From contig JAJZAT010000003.1 of assembly GCA_021799275.1 (NCBI GenBank), positions 9,708 to 73,707 on the forward strand: 64,000 nt of DNA. Reading direction: 5' to 3'. The stretch's first letter is position 1. The number at the start of each line of letters is the position of its first letter. The notes beneath the pieces were generated by a model. That model saw only the letters and a program-made list of their open reading frames with translations. It did not search any database and was not told the DNA's origin. The stretch is from Bacillota bacterium. GTDB taxonomy: Bacteria > Bacillota > Sulfobacillia > JAJZYS01 > JAJYTV01. This document shows positions 35,083-44,809 of the stretch, one piece after another. Both the position numbers and the translations under genes were made by a program.

Positions 35083-35595
35083 CTAGCGACCGGCGAGGAT
35101 CTGCCCCCCGGGGCGCAGGCGCGCCATCAGGATCTCGTCCACGTAAGCGCCGGCACTGATGAGGCTGCCGCGCTTGCGCCCCTCGGCCTCGAAGCCGAGA
35201 CGCTCATAGAGGCCCTGGGCGCGCGGGTTGGTCGCCAGCACCGTCAGCTCCACCCGCTCCAGCATCAGCCAGTTGTCGGCGAGATCAAGCAGCTGATGGA
35301 GCAAGGTCGTTCCGACGCCCTGTCCGTGTCGCCCTGCGTCCACGGCAAGGAACAGGTGCCCGACGTGCGCCTCCCGCCCTTGCATGCGGCGAAGGCCGGC
35401 GTAGCCGACCAGGAGGCCGTCCACCTCGGCCACGAAGTAGTGCATGTCCGGTCCCAGGCGCCCCAGGTACTCCGCCAGCTGGTCCACGCGGTCGCTCGGC
35501 TGCCGCATGATGTACGGCAGCACCTCGGGCTGCAGCATGATCGCATGCAGCGCCGGGGCGTCCGAGACGCGCACAGGTCGTATCGCGAGCTCCAT
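35083..35595 (-). CDS. GNAT family N-acetyltransferase
   Basis: Acetyl-CoA-binding motif region (RHGQGVGTTLL..L.D.A) and C-terminal RLGFE. 170 aa. Confidence 0.8.
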   Translation of the reverse strand: MELAIRPVRVSDAPALHAIMLQPEVLPYIMRQPSDRVDQLAEYLGRLGPDMHYFVAEVDGLLVGYAGLRRMQGREAHVGHLFLAVDAGRHGQGVGTTLLHQLLDLADNWLMLERVELTVLATNPRAQGLYERLGFEAEGRKRGSLISAGAYVDEILMARLRPGGQILAGR

Positions 35596-35646
35596 CGTCC
35601 CACCTCAGGAGGTCGTTCGACACGCAGCGCGAGGAGTCCCCTGTCC

Positions 35647-36102
35647 TCAGGTCAAGCGGAAGATCAGCCAGACGGCCGAGATGAAGAGGCTGAGGACGCG
35701 GACGAACTCGGAGACCCAAAAGAGCGGGCTCAGGTGGCGCAGCTCCCCGCCGCCCCGCAGCCATCCCGCCACCAATGCCCCCAGGAAGCCGCCGTAGAGC
35801 GTCGCCGTCTGGTTGCCCGACAGCACGAGCCCGAGCCCCGCACCCAGGAGACCACCGGCGAGCGGCAGCCAGCGTGGCAGGCCGCGTCCGAGGCCGTTGT
35901 CGCGCAGGGCGGACTGCATGATGCTTTCGAAGACCAGCGCGACCAGCCAGAGTGCCCCGATCTCGAGGAAGTAGCGCGTGCCGAGCGCGCCCACGACGCG
36001 CGCCAGTACAAGGCCGAGGCCGATGAGCCAATGGCCGTGGCGGTATCCCGCGAGCACCAGGAGCCAGCCGAACGCGACCGACGTCGCGAGCAGGAAGGTC
36101 AC
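35647..36102 (-). CDS. small 4-TM membrane protein, hypothetical
   Basis: Four hydrophobic segments. Sits between the ynbB-like and GNAT genes on the same strand. No family recognised. Confidence 0.45.
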   Translation of the reverse strand: MTFLLATSVAFGWLLVLAGYRHGHWLIGLGLVLARVVGALGTRYFLEIGALWLVALVFESIMQSALRDNGLGRGLPRWLPLAGGLLGAGLGLVLSGNQTATLYGGFLGALVAGWLRGGGELRHLSPLFWVSEFVRVLSLFISAVWLIFRLT

Positions 36103-36142
36103 ATCGCGTCACCCGCTTACGCCTATGCGTCCGCGGCTAGTC

Positions 36143-37354
36143 TCAGGCCTTCCCGGAGGCCGCAGCGAAGGCGAGATCCAGAGCGAGCGTCGCGTACGCG
36201 ACCGAGACGCCGCCCTGCAGGTAACCATCCCACGGTGGCCGCATCGGCGCGTCGATACTGAGTTCGAGCGATGCGCCGCTGATGAAGGTCCCGCCCGCCA
36301 TCAGCACCGGATCCGGGTAACCCGGCAGGGCCTCCGGCTCGGGCAGCGCCCGGCTCTCGACCGGCGAAGCCGCCTGCAGGGCCGCTGCGAAGCGCAGGAG
36401 CCGCTCGCGCTCCCCGAAGCCGATCAGCTGCACGATGTCGCCGCGCGCGGCACCCGGCAGCGGGTCGACGTGCCAGCCGAGAGCCTGCGCATAGGCCGCC
36501 GCGTAGTCCGCGGCCGCCAAGGCTTCGGCCACCGCCTGCGGCGCGAGATAGAGACCCTGGAAGAGTTCCCGCTTGCCACCGGGAAACGCCCCCACGTCCG
36601 AGCCCAGGCCTGGCGCCGTGACCCTGTCCGCGACGGCCTCGACCAGCTCCTGGCGGCCCGCGACGTACCCCCCGCCCGGCGCCAGCCCACCGCCGGGGTT
36701 CTTCGTCAAGGAGCCGACGAGAAGGTCGGCGGCCGGCTCGCGCACATCCACGAACTCGCCGTAGCAGTTGTCCACGACCGACACGACGCCGGCCTTGCGG
36801 CACGCCTCGAGGGCTGGGTCAAGGTCCGACGGGCGCAGGGAGGGGCGTCGCGCGTAGCCGCGCGAGCGCTGGAACAGCACCGCCTGCGTCTTCTGGCCAA
36901 GCGCGGCCTTGAGCGCCTCGGCATCGAGTCCCTGCGCCATCGGCAGCACCCGCACCTCGATACCCCACTCCCGGAAGGAGCGCGGCGTCGGCCGCAGGCC
37001 GAGCACCGACCGCATGGTGTCGTAGGGCTCGCCCGTCGCGACGAGGAGTTCGCCGCCGGGGCGCAGGACGCCCCAGAGGGCGAGCGCGATGGCGTGCGTT
37101 CCCGACGCGATCTGCGGCCGGACCAGGGCGGCCTCGCAGCCGAAGGCCGCGGCGAACACCCGGCCAAGGCTTTCGCGGCCGCGGTCGCCATAGCCGTAGC
37201 CGACCGAAGGCGCGAAGTCGAATTCGGCCACGCCGGCGTCGCGGAACGCCTGGAGGACGCGGGCGGCGTTGTGCCGTGCAAGCCGCAAGCCCCGCTCCTG
37301 CGCGGAAGCGAGGGCCTCCTCGGCTGCCCGCCTGGCCGGCAGGACGCTATCCAT
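36143..37354 (-). CDS. PLP-dependent Cys/Met-metabolism-family enzyme, YnbB / aluminium-resistance-protein family
   Basis: GYGYGD.GRE motif, ...KNPGGGLAPGGGY.... Overlaps the hflX stop by 8 nt, as in the Bacillus hflX-ynbB arrangement. Confidence 0.7.
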   Translation of the reverse strand: MDSVLPARRAAEEALASAQERGLRLARHNAARVLQAFRDAGVAEFDFAPSVGYGYGDRGRESLGRVFAAAFGCEAALVRPQIASGTHAIALALWGVLRPGGELLVATGEPYDTMRSVLGLRPTPRSFREWGIEVRVLPMAQGLDAEALKAALGQKTQAVLFQRSRGYARRPSLRPSDLDPALEACRKAGVVSVVDNCYGEFVDVREPAADLLVGSLTKNPGGGLAPGGGYVAGRQELVEAVADRVTAPGLGSDVGAFPGGKRELFQGLYLAPQAVAEALAAADYAAAYAQALGWHVDPLPGAARGDIVQLIGFGERERLLRFAAALQAASPVESRALPEPEALPGYPDPVLMAGGTFISGASLELSIDAPMRPPWDGYLQGGVSVAYATLALDLAFAAASGKA

Positions 37355-38570
37355 GCAGTTCGGCCGCGATCCGGCCCGCCCACGCCCGGTCGATCAACGT
37401 CTCCACGCGGACAACCGTATCGTCCGCCTCCTCCGCCAGGATCTCGCCATGGGCCCGCACCTGCGCCAGGATGTCGCCACGGCTGAGCGGGATGGCGAAC
37501 CTGCGGACCACCCTGCGCTCCGAGAGTCTTGCCGCGATGGCGGCCACAAGCTCCGCGACGCCCGTGCCGGCCAGGGCGGAGACCTGCAGGCCGGGCAGTT
37601 CCGCCGCGGATCCCGCCAGGCGGTCCACCTTGTTGAACACCTCGATCTGCGGCAGGTCCCCGGCGCCGATGGCCTCGAGGGTGGCCTGCACGGCATCCAT
37701 CTGCCGGGCCCATTCCGGATGCGACGCGTCGACGACGTGCAGCAGCAGATCGGCGAACACCGTCTCCTCGAGGGTCGCCCTGAACGCCGCGACGAGTTCG
37801 GTCGGCAGGTCCTGCACGAAGCCCACCGTGTCCGTCAGGAGCGCCTCCTGCCGGCCAGGCAGGCGCAGTTTGCGCGTCAGGGGATCCAAGGTCGCGAACA
37901 GCCGGTCCTCCCCGCCGCCGCCGCCCTGCGTCAAGGCATGCAGCAAGGTGCTCTTGCCCGCGTTCGTGTAGCCGACGAGGGCGATGCGCGGCAGGTCGTG
38001 CCGCTCCTGGCGCGATACCGCCCGCTGCCGCTCCACGGCCGCCAACCTGCGCTCGATCTCGGCGATGCGCTGGCGCAGCCGGCGCCGATCGGTCTCGAGC
38101 TTCGACTCGCCGGGTCCGCGCGTGCCGATGCCGCCGCCGAGCCGCGACAGGCTGCCGGCCGACCGTCTCAGCCGCGGCAGGAGGTAGGAGAGCTGTGCCA
38201 GTTCCACCTGCAGCTTGCCCTCCTGACTCAGCGCTCGCTGGGCGAAGATATCAAGGATCAAGGCGGTGCGGTCCACGATCTTCAGCTGCGTCACGCGTTC
38301 GAGCTCCCGCTCCTGGCGGGCGCTGAGCGCCTGCGCCGCGACGAGGATGGTGGCCCCGAGTTCCGCCGCGTCCTGCGCCACCTCCTGGAGTCGGCCCGAC
38401 CCGAGGTAGCCGCGCGGATCCGGCTGCGGCAGGTTCTGCACGATCTCCCCCGCCACCTCCGCCCCCGCGGCTTCGCAGAGGCCGCGCAGTTCCTCGAGGT
38501 AGAAGCTGAGGTCGGCGCCGCGCCTGGGTCCCGCGTATACCACGAGTGCGCGCTCGGGCAGTTCAGGCAT
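37347..38570 (-). CDS. hflX: GTPase HflX
   Basis: HflX N-domain (DRTALILDIFAQRA...KLQVELAQL) and G-domain (GYTNAGKSTLL, DTVGF, NKVD). ATG 38568-38570 with AAGGAGAT SD. The tracker ORF is over-extended by 158 codons. Confidence 0.9.
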   Translation of the reverse strand: MPELPERALVVYAGPRRGADLSFYLEELRGLCEAAGAEVAGEIVQNLPQPDPRGYLGSGRLQEVAQDAAELGATILVAAQALSARQERELERVTQLKIVDRTALILDIFAQRALSQEGKLQVELAQLSYLLPRLRRSAGSLSRLGGGIGTRGPGESKLETDRRRLRQRIAEIERRLAAVERQRAVSRQERHDLPRIALVGYTNAGKSTLLHALTQGGGGGEDRLFATLDPLTRKLRLPGRQEALLTDTVGFVQDLPTELVAAFRATLEETVFADLLLHVVDASHPEWARQMDAVQATLEAIGAGDLPQIEVFNKVDRLAGSAAELPGLQVSALAGTGVAELVAAIAARLSERRVVRRFAIPLSRGDILAQVRAHGEILAEEADDTVVRVETLIDRAWAGRIAAELHG

Positions 38571-38696
38571 AGGCGATCTCCTTGTCTCTTGGCGAAGTAC
38601 AGCCGGCTGGCGATTCCGGTTCGAAGCCAGCGAGGGATGTCCGCGATCGACCTCGAAGATCGATTTTAGACCGTTTGAGCCAGGAGGCGACAAGCG

Positions 38697-40484
38697 TTGC
38701 GGGCATTTCGCCCTAGGGACATCTTCCACCTGCGCCGCCTGAGCGATGTCGCCATCGCCCCGGACGGCCAGACCGTCGCTTACAGTCTTGCCGAAGCGGA
38801 CCAACGCTCCAGCGGCTACTCGAGTTCCATCTACCGGCTCGGCCTCGACGATCGCACGCCGAGATCGCTTACGCACGGCGCCCGCGACCGCAGGCCGTGG
38901 TACGCCCCGGACGGCCGGCATCTCGCTTTTCTGCGCCAGGACGCGGGTGCCGACCAGGTCCATCTGCTCCCGCTGTCCGGCGGTGAGGCCCTGCAGCTCA
39001 CGGCGCTGGGACACGGCGTCAGCGACTATGCCTGGGGCCCGCATGGGCGCCAGATGGCCGTTCTCTCACCGGTCGGACCAGGTGGTCGGACCGCCCGGCA
39101 GCTCTACCGCTTCGACCTCGACGGCACGTGGCGACAGCTGAGCGACGATGATCTCGACCACCGTGACCCTACCTTCGCGCCCGGAGGGCGCCATATCGCC
39201 TGCGTCCTCGTGGCCCCGGACGGCTCCGCCGCCATCGCGCTGGTACCCGTCGACGGTGGCAGCTGGCACCGTCTCACGCCCTGGGCCCATAGCTGGGCCA
39301 GACCCGTGTTCTCGCCGGACGGCGAAGCGATCTACGCCCTCGGGACGACCGAGGGTGAGGGGCCGGCCCTGTGGCGGATCGAACTGCGCGGCGCATCCGG
39401 GATGGTTTCGCAGGCACCGTGGCCTGACGCCTTTTTCCCCTACCTGATGCCGGGCCGCCAGACCAGCCCGGACCTCTTCGTGACCGGCGACGGCCAGTCG
39501 CTCCTGGGTCTCCTGCACACCCCGGAGGCCGACGTGCTGGCGCGTTGCAGCCTGCCGCTCGGGCGGTGGCACGTCGAGCAGACCCATGGCCTCAGGATCC
39601 AGTCGTTCGCCGCGAACGCGTCGGGCGAGCGGACCGTGTTGCTGGCCGGCCCGCCGGACCAGCCGCCGGAGATCCTGCTGCGCGACGAGAACGGCCGTGT
39701 CGCCCTGCGCAGCGATCACCACGAGCTACTGCTTGCCGATGTGGCGTTCACGCCGCCAAGTCCCGTCGGGCGAACGGCCTGTGGAGCCGCCCTGCTGCTG
39801 CCCCCCACACAAACGGCCGCGCCGCTTGCGGTGATCCTGGGCGATGTCGGGGATGCCGCCACCGGCGGCTCGTCGAGCCTGCTTGCGCAGGTTCTCTGTG
39901 GCCGCGGCGTCGCCGTCCTGCGCGTACCGCTCGAGCCCGCGGAGATGTCGCGGGCCGTACGCGAGCCGGGGCGCACCGAGGCGCGGGTGCGCGACCTGGT
40001 GGCGGACGTCGTGCAGGGACATGCGGTCGACGGCTCGAGGCTCGCGCTCCTCGGTGAGGGCCGGGCCGGATACCTCGCCCTCCTGCTGCTCACCCTGTCG
40101 AGCACCTTCCTGGCTGCGGCGACCCTGGGCGCGCCGACGGATCTCGTCAGCCTATGGGGCAGCGGCGATCTGCCTTCGGCCACTGGCATCGACGATCTGC
40201 CGCCACCCTGGCAGGTGCCAGGGCCATACCTCGAGGGTTCGCCCCTGCTGCGGGCCAACCGCATCGAAGCGGCCCTGCTGCTCCTGCATGGGCAGGAGGA
40301 CGGCGTCGTGCCGGCGGATCAGGCGCGGGAGCTCGCCCGCGCGCTCGCAACGCTGGGACGGGAAGTCCGCTGCGAGATCTATCCAGGTCTCGGGCACGAG
40401 CCGCTCCACGCAGCGCCTTTGCGCCTGCAGGCGCAGATTCTGGACGTCGCGGCCGGCTTCATCGCCGATCAGCTGGCACGGTAG
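38697..40484 (+). CDS. S9 family serine peptidase (acylaminoacyl-peptidase/prolyl-oligopeptidase-like; beta-propeller + alpha/beta hydrolase)
   Basis: N-terminal repeats (P.ISPDG...A..., W.PDG, FSPDG), C-terminal hydrolase domain with HG.ED..VP. TTG start with AGGAGG SD. Confidence 0.7.
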   Translation: MRAFRPRDIFHLRRLSDVAIAPDGQTVAYSLAEADQRSSGYSSSIYRLGLDDRTPRSLTHGARDRRPWYAPDGRHLAFLRQDAGADQVHLLPLSGGEALQLTALGHGVSDYAWGPHGRQMAVLSPVGPGGRTARQLYRFDLDGTWRQLSDDDLDHRDPTFAPGGRHIACVLVAPDGSAAIALVPVDGGSWHRLTPWAHSWARPVFSPDGEAIYALGTTEGEGPALWRIELRGASGMVSQAPWPDAFFPYLMPGRQTSPDLFVTGDGQSLLGLLHTPEADVLARCSLPLGRWHVEQTHGLRIQSFAANASGERTVLLAGPPDQPPEILLRDENGRVALRSDHHELLLADVAFTPPSPVGRTACGAALLLPPTQTAAPLAVILGDVGDAATGGSSSLLAQVLCGRGVAVLRVPLEPAEMSRAVREPGRTEARVRDLVADVVQGHAVDGSRLALLGEGRAGYLALLLLTLSSTFLAAATLGAPTDLVSLWGSGDLPSATGIDDLPPPWQVPGPYLEGSPLLRANRIEAALLLLHGQEDGVVPADQARELARALATLGREVRCEIYPGLGHEPLHAAPLRLQAQILDVAAGFIADQLAR

Positions 40485-41053
40485 AGCCGATAGCCCTTGT
40501 CCATGGCAACATCGTCGACGCGGCTGAAGTGCCTCGAGAGTTCGTCGCGCAGGCTGCGGGCGCCCTGGTCCTTGCGCACCACCACCCAGAGCGAGCCACC
40601 CGGCAGCAGGTGTTCCCGGCTCCCCCCCAGCCAGGGATAGTAGACCTTCTTGCCGGCACGGATCGGCGGGTTCAGCAGAATGAGGTCGAAACGCTCGTCA
40701 CCGATCGCCGAAAGGCCGTCGCCCAGCACGACGCGATGCTCGACGCCAAAGCGTTCGAGGTTGCGCTCACAGAGAGCGGCAGCCCGCGCATTGCTCTCGA
40801 CCGCCCAGACCTCCGCCTTGTGGCGGTGGCCGACGACGACCCCAACGGGGCCCCAACCGGCACCGAGGTCCAGGACGCGCGCGGCGGGCCAGGCAGCGGC
40901 GTGCTCGATGAGAAGCCTCGATCCTTCGTCGAGACCGGACTTGCCAAAGACGCCCGCGTCGGTGGTGCAGCGGTATTCCTCACCAAACACCGTGAAGCGC
41001 ACCTCCCGCTTCTGGGAAGCCACGCCGGGTTCCGCGCTGAAATAGTGCTCCAA
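40469..41053 (-). CDS. class I SAM-dependent methyltransferase (RsmC/RlmG-like small methyltransferase domain)
   Basis: VLDLGAGWGPVG (SAM-binding motif I), NPP(I/F) motif LILLNPPIRAG. Confidence 0.75.
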   Translation of the reverse strand: MEHYFSAEPGVASQKREVRFTVFGEEYRCTTDAGVFGKSGLDEGSRLLIEHAAAWPAARVLDLGAGWGPVGVVVGHRHKAEVWAVESNARAAALCERNLERFGVEHRVVLGDGLSAIGDERFDLILLNPPIRAGKKVYYPWLGGSREHLLPGGSLWVVVRKDQGARSLRDELSRHFSRVDDVAMDKGYRLYRAS

Positions 41054-41285
41054 GGTGCTTCCTCCCCCTCGCTATCCTGGCCGAACAGGGTGCTCCCCGT
41101 TGTACGCCGGCATGCCCGTCTACACCGCTCCGGGCCCGGGGCGCCTACTGCGACGGACAGGGTTGCCCGAAGAACTGCATACACTTATCCAATCTGGAGG
41201 TTTTGTGCGGGGCAAGGTAGAAGAAGAAACATCACTCAGGTGGCAGATTAGGCTCGCGGCTGCCGCAGTGCAAGGGGGAACCGGC

Positions 41286-42290
41286 GTGGAGGTGCGCAGG
41301 CTCGGCGCATCCGGTCTCAAAGTCAGCCGTTTGGGACTTGGCACGATGACATTCGGCCTCCAGTCGGACCGGAAGACGTCGTTTCAGATCCTTGACAGGG
41401 CAGTGGCGGCCGGGGTGTCGTTCATCGACACGGCCGACGTGTATCCCCTGGGGAGAACGCGTTCGGAGTTCGGGCTGACCGAGGAGATCCTCGGTGAGTG
41501 GCTCAAGGGGCACAGGCAGGAAGTCGTTCTGGCCACGAAGTGCCATGGCGTCATGGGTCCTGGACTCAACGATCAAGGACTCGGCCGCAAGCACATCATG
41601 GAGGCGGTCGAGGCCAGCCTGCGACGCCTTCGTACCGACTATCTCGACCTCTACCAGGCCCACCAGTTCGATCGAGCCACGCCGCTCGAGGAAACGCTCA
41701 GGGCTTTCGATGATCTTATCCGGCAAGGCAAGGTGCGCTATGTCGGCGTCTCCAACTGGCCTGCGTACCAGGTCCAGAGATCTCTCGCGATCGCCGATCG
41801 AAGGGATTTCGACCCGCTCGTGAGCGTGCAGCCACGCTATAACCTGCTCTACAGGGCGATCGAGACGGAGCTCGTTCCGCTCTGCCGGGAAGCTGGCGTC
41901 GGCATCATCGCCTACAACCCGCTGGCCGGTGGATTCTTGACCGGCCGCTACCGCCGGGGCCAGGAGGTCGAGCCGGGGACGCGCTTCGCGCTCGGCGGGA
42001 TCGCCAAGCCGGGCGAGCGCTATCGTGGCCGCTACTGGAACGAGGCCGCGTTCGCCGCGGTGGAGACTTTCCGCACCTTCTGCGCCAACCGCGGCTGGGA
42101 CATGGCGACGACGGCGGTGCGCTGGGTCATGCACCAGCCAGGCGTGAGCGTCGCACTGATCGGGGCGAGCCGCCCCGATCAACTTGAGCAGTCGCTTGCG
42201 GCCTCGGCCTTGGGCCCCCTCGGCCCTGAGGAACTCCAGGAGCTCGACGATCTCTGGTACCAGCTTCCGCGGCAGAAGGTGGAAGAGTAA
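41286..42290 (+). CDS. aldo/keto reductase
   Basis: Start (M)EVRRLGASGLKVSRLGLGTMTFG, with catalytic-tetrad context (DTADVY...LATK). GTG 41286 with AGGGGGA SD. The tracker ORF is over-extended. Confidence 0.85.
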   Translation: MEVRRLGASGLKVSRLGLGTMTFGLQSDRKTSFQILDRAVAAGVSFIDTADVYPLGRTRSEFGLTEEILGEWLKGHRQEVVLATKCHGVMGPGLNDQGLGRKHIMEAVEASLRRLRTDYLDLYQAHQFDRATPLEETLRAFDDLIRQGKVRYVGVSNWPAYQVQRSLAIADRRDFDPLVSVQPRYNLLYRAIETELVPLCREAGVGIIAYNPLAGGFLTGRYRRGQEVEPGTRFALGGIAKPGERYRGRYWNEAAFAAVETFRTFCANRGWDMATTAVRWVMHQPGVSVALIGASRPDQLEQSLAASALGPLGPEELQELDDLWYQLPRQKVEE

Positions 42291-42359
42291 GATGCAGGAG
42301 CCGACGGGTTGTGTCGCCCGGACTCTGGTATTATCCCCCTCTTTGTGTAGAATTGTGCC

Positions 42360-43058
42360 ATGAGTGACACCGAACTATCCCTCAAGGGACATCGCCAATC
42401 GGTTCGCGATCTCATCTACGTCTCGCTACGGACGGCCATATCGCGCGGTGCCCTGGCGCCGGGCCAGATGTTGTCGGAGGAGCAGCTCTCGTCGTCGCTC
42501 AACGTCAGCCGCACGCCGCTGCGGGAAGCCTTGCAAAGACTGACCACGGAGGGACTCATTGAAAGGGCCGACAATGGCCGGATCAACGTCAAAAACGTAT
42601 CGCTGAGGGAAGCGACCCAACTGTACGCGGTGCGCTCCGTCCTCGAGCAACTGGCAGCCCGGGAAGCGTGCCTGAACATGACGTCGGAGGGCCTCGCGCG
42701 GCTCGAGAGGGCCTATGGGCAGATGCTCACCGACGAGAACGACCCGTCGAAGGACGTCGCCGACAGCGGCGGCAGCTTCCACGCGATCCTGCACCAGATT
42801 GCGGACAATCCGATCAACCTGCGTCTGCTCGCAAATCTCCAGGTGCTCATCTCGCGCTATCGCTACCTGAGCACTGGCAGGGCGAAGAGGACGCACCACG
42901 CGGTCGAGGAGCACGAGGGCATTCTGAGAGCTCTCGCCGCCTGCGACGCCGACGCGGCGGCGGAGGCCATGCGCATCCACATCGAGGAAAGCTTCGCCTC
43001 CGTCCGCAGCGCCCTGGTCGCTCTCGAGGAGTCCCAGCGATTCAAGGTGTCGGAGTAG
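42360..43058 (+). CDS. GntR family transcriptional regulator (FadR/FCD subfamily)
   Basis: N-terminal winged helix-turn-helix (LSEEQLSSSLNVSRTPLREALQRL), helical FCD-type C-domain. Confidence 0.85.
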   Translation: MSDTELSLKGHRQSVRDLIYVSLRTAISRGALAPGQMLSEEQLSSSLNVSRTPLREALQRLTTEGLIERADNGRINVKNVSLREATQLYAVRSVLEQLAAREACLNMTSEGLARLERAYGQMLTDENDPSKDVADSGGSFHAILHQIADNPINLRLLANLQVLISRYRYLSTGRAKRTHHAVEEHEGILRALAACDADAAAEAMRIHIEESFASVRSALVALEESQRFKVSE

Positions 43059-43980
43059 CCGAAGCATGGCGCAGCGCCGCGGTTAGTGCCTCGACGAATC
43101 CGGTCGCGTCTCCCACGATCCCGACGTCCGCCACATGAAAGATGGGCGCGCCGGGATCTTTGTTCACAGCGAGCATGTGCTTCGCATATACCCCAGAAAC
43201 GTGCTGCGGGGCACCCGAAATGCCGATCGCCAAGTAGATCTCGGGGCGCACGGTGTTGCCCGTCTGCCCGATCTGCTCTTCCGGTCCGGCCCAGCCTGCC
43301 TCCACTGCTGCGAGGGTGGCGCCCACGTTCGCATCCAGAAACTCGGCCAGTGGGGTCAGCTTCTCGAAGGACTCCAGGCGGCCAAGGCCCAAGCCACCGG
43401 AGACGATGTAGCGGGCCATATCGATGCCGGACGCCTGGCTCGCCCGTCGCTCCACGGTTGTCCAGGCGGGCTCCGCTGCCTCCAGCCAGGCTACGTCCCT
43501 GGCGGGCGCCGCGGCCCGCAGCGCACCGTTCTCCACGTCCTCCCGGTCTCGCAAGGTGGCCACCAGCGGTAGGCGCACCACCTCGATCTCCGCCTCAGCA
43601 CGACCGGCGAACGGCTTCATCGCAGCGCAAAGCGTGCCGTCCTCCCCCTGGTTCACGCTGTCGCAACCGGTCAGGCACGAGCCCTCGAGTCCCACGGCGA
43701 GTCCGGCCGCGATCTCACGTTGCAGGTTCCCGTCCCGGAGGTAGATGGCGTGCAGCCGACCGCCTTCGATCTGGGGCAGAATGTTCCTCACCACCTCGCG
43801 AGCGGCGGCAGACGGCGGTGCCTCAAAGATCAGCGCCGTGTCGCCCGTCCACGCCTCCCGCGGCGGGACGAGCCAGATGCCGAGGATCTCCTCCAGAGGA
43901 AAACGCCCGGCGAGAGTCGTCGGCAAGGCGGCATCCGCGGGGCTCAGCACGATGGCGCCGATCACTGGGCGGACCTCCAT
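43042..43980 (-). CDS. etfA: electron transfer flavoprotein alpha subunit
   Basis: C-terminal FAD-binding signature PEIYLAIGISGAPQH..G. Confidence 0.85.
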   Translation of the reverse strand: MEVRPVIGAIVLSPADAALPTTLAGRFPLEEILGIWLVPPREAWTGDTALIFEAPPSAAAREVVRNILPQIEGGRLHAIYLRDGNLQREIAAGLAVGLEGSCLTGCDSVNQGEDGTLCAAMKPFAGRAEAEIEVVRLPLVATLRDREDVENGALRAAAPARDVAWLEAAEPAWTTVERRASQASGIDMARYIVSGGLGLGRLESFEKLTPLAEFLDANVGATLAAVEAGWAGPEEQIGQTGNTVRPEIYLAIGISGAPQHVSGVYAKHMLAVNKDPGAPIFHVADVGIVGDATGFVEALTAALRHASATPTP

Positions 43981-44726
43981 TCTGCGAGCACGTCCAGGGC
44001 CTTCGCTACCTGCTCCTCGAGCGTGCCATCGAGCAACCTACAGTTCTTCTGCGGTCGCGGCGCCTTCTCGAGCCTGGCAAGGGAGAGCGCCGGCACTACT
44101 TCCACCGTCTCGACCAGCACCTCGCGGCGCTTCGCGGCGATCATGTCCTTGAGCTTCGGCTGGCGCAGCTTGAGGTGGGGAATCATCGTGACGCTGGCGA
44201 CAAAGGGCAGCGGCAAGCGCACGGTCTCCTCGGTGTGCTCGTCCACCACGTGGTCGACGAGCATTTCGCCCTTCCCGTCCGGGTTCACACTCAGGAGGCG
44301 GGGCACGAACGGCACGCCCATGAGCGCAGCGAGCGCAGGCCCGAAGATACCCTGATCCCAGTCCCCGGACTGCTCACCGACCAAGACGACATCCGGCTGA
44401 CCGGTACCCGCGAGGTGTGCTGCTAGAGCGCGCGCCGCCGTCATGCTGTCCAATGCGCAGTCGACGTCGATGCGCCGCGCGTCGTCCACGAGGTAGGTCA
44501 AGGCGACGCGCAGGGCTTCCGTCGCGTCCTTGGGACCGATCGCGACGCAGCGCACCCGGGTCTCCAGCAGATGGTCCCGCAGGGCGAGTGCCACCTCAAG
44601 GCTGATCTTGTCGAAGAGGCCCACTGTGTGGGGCACACGCGCGCCCGGCCGGCCGTCCTCGAAGGTGAGGAGGGCGTCGGGAAGCTCGGGGTCCGGAATC
44701 CACTTGAGGGTAACGAGGATATCCAA
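43962..44726 (-). CDS. etfB: electron transfer flavoprotein beta subunit
   Basis: Start MDILVTLKWIPDPE, typical EtfB. Overlaps etfA. Confidence 0.85.
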   Translation of the reverse strand: MDILVTLKWIPDPELPDALLTFEDGRPGARVPHTVGLFDKISLEVALALRDHLLETRVRCVAIGPKDATEALRVALTYLVDDARRIDVDCALDSMTAARALAAHLAGTGQPDVVLVGEQSGDWDQGIFGPALAALMGVPFVPRLLSVNPDGKGEMLVDHVVDEHTEETVRLPLPFVASVTMIPHLKLRQPKLKDMIAAKRREVLVETVEVVPALSLARLEKAPRPQKNCRLLDGTLEEQVAKALDVLAEWRSAQ

Positions 44727-44809
44727 CTCGAGACCCCTCCGTTCTTCAGGTCCTGAGGCTCCCGACCTGGCGGGAGCCTCAGGAAGGTTCGCGGGAACCG
44801 ATACGTGGC

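Noticed and set aside
35978-37486. 502-aa plus-strand ORF
   Set aside because: It is antisense to the ynbB-like and hflX genes.
38571-39044. 158-codon N-terminal extension of hflX
   Set aside because: HflX homologues begin near the MPELPERALVVYAG position. An AAGGAGAT SD precedes ATG 38568-38570, and the extension is low-complexity.
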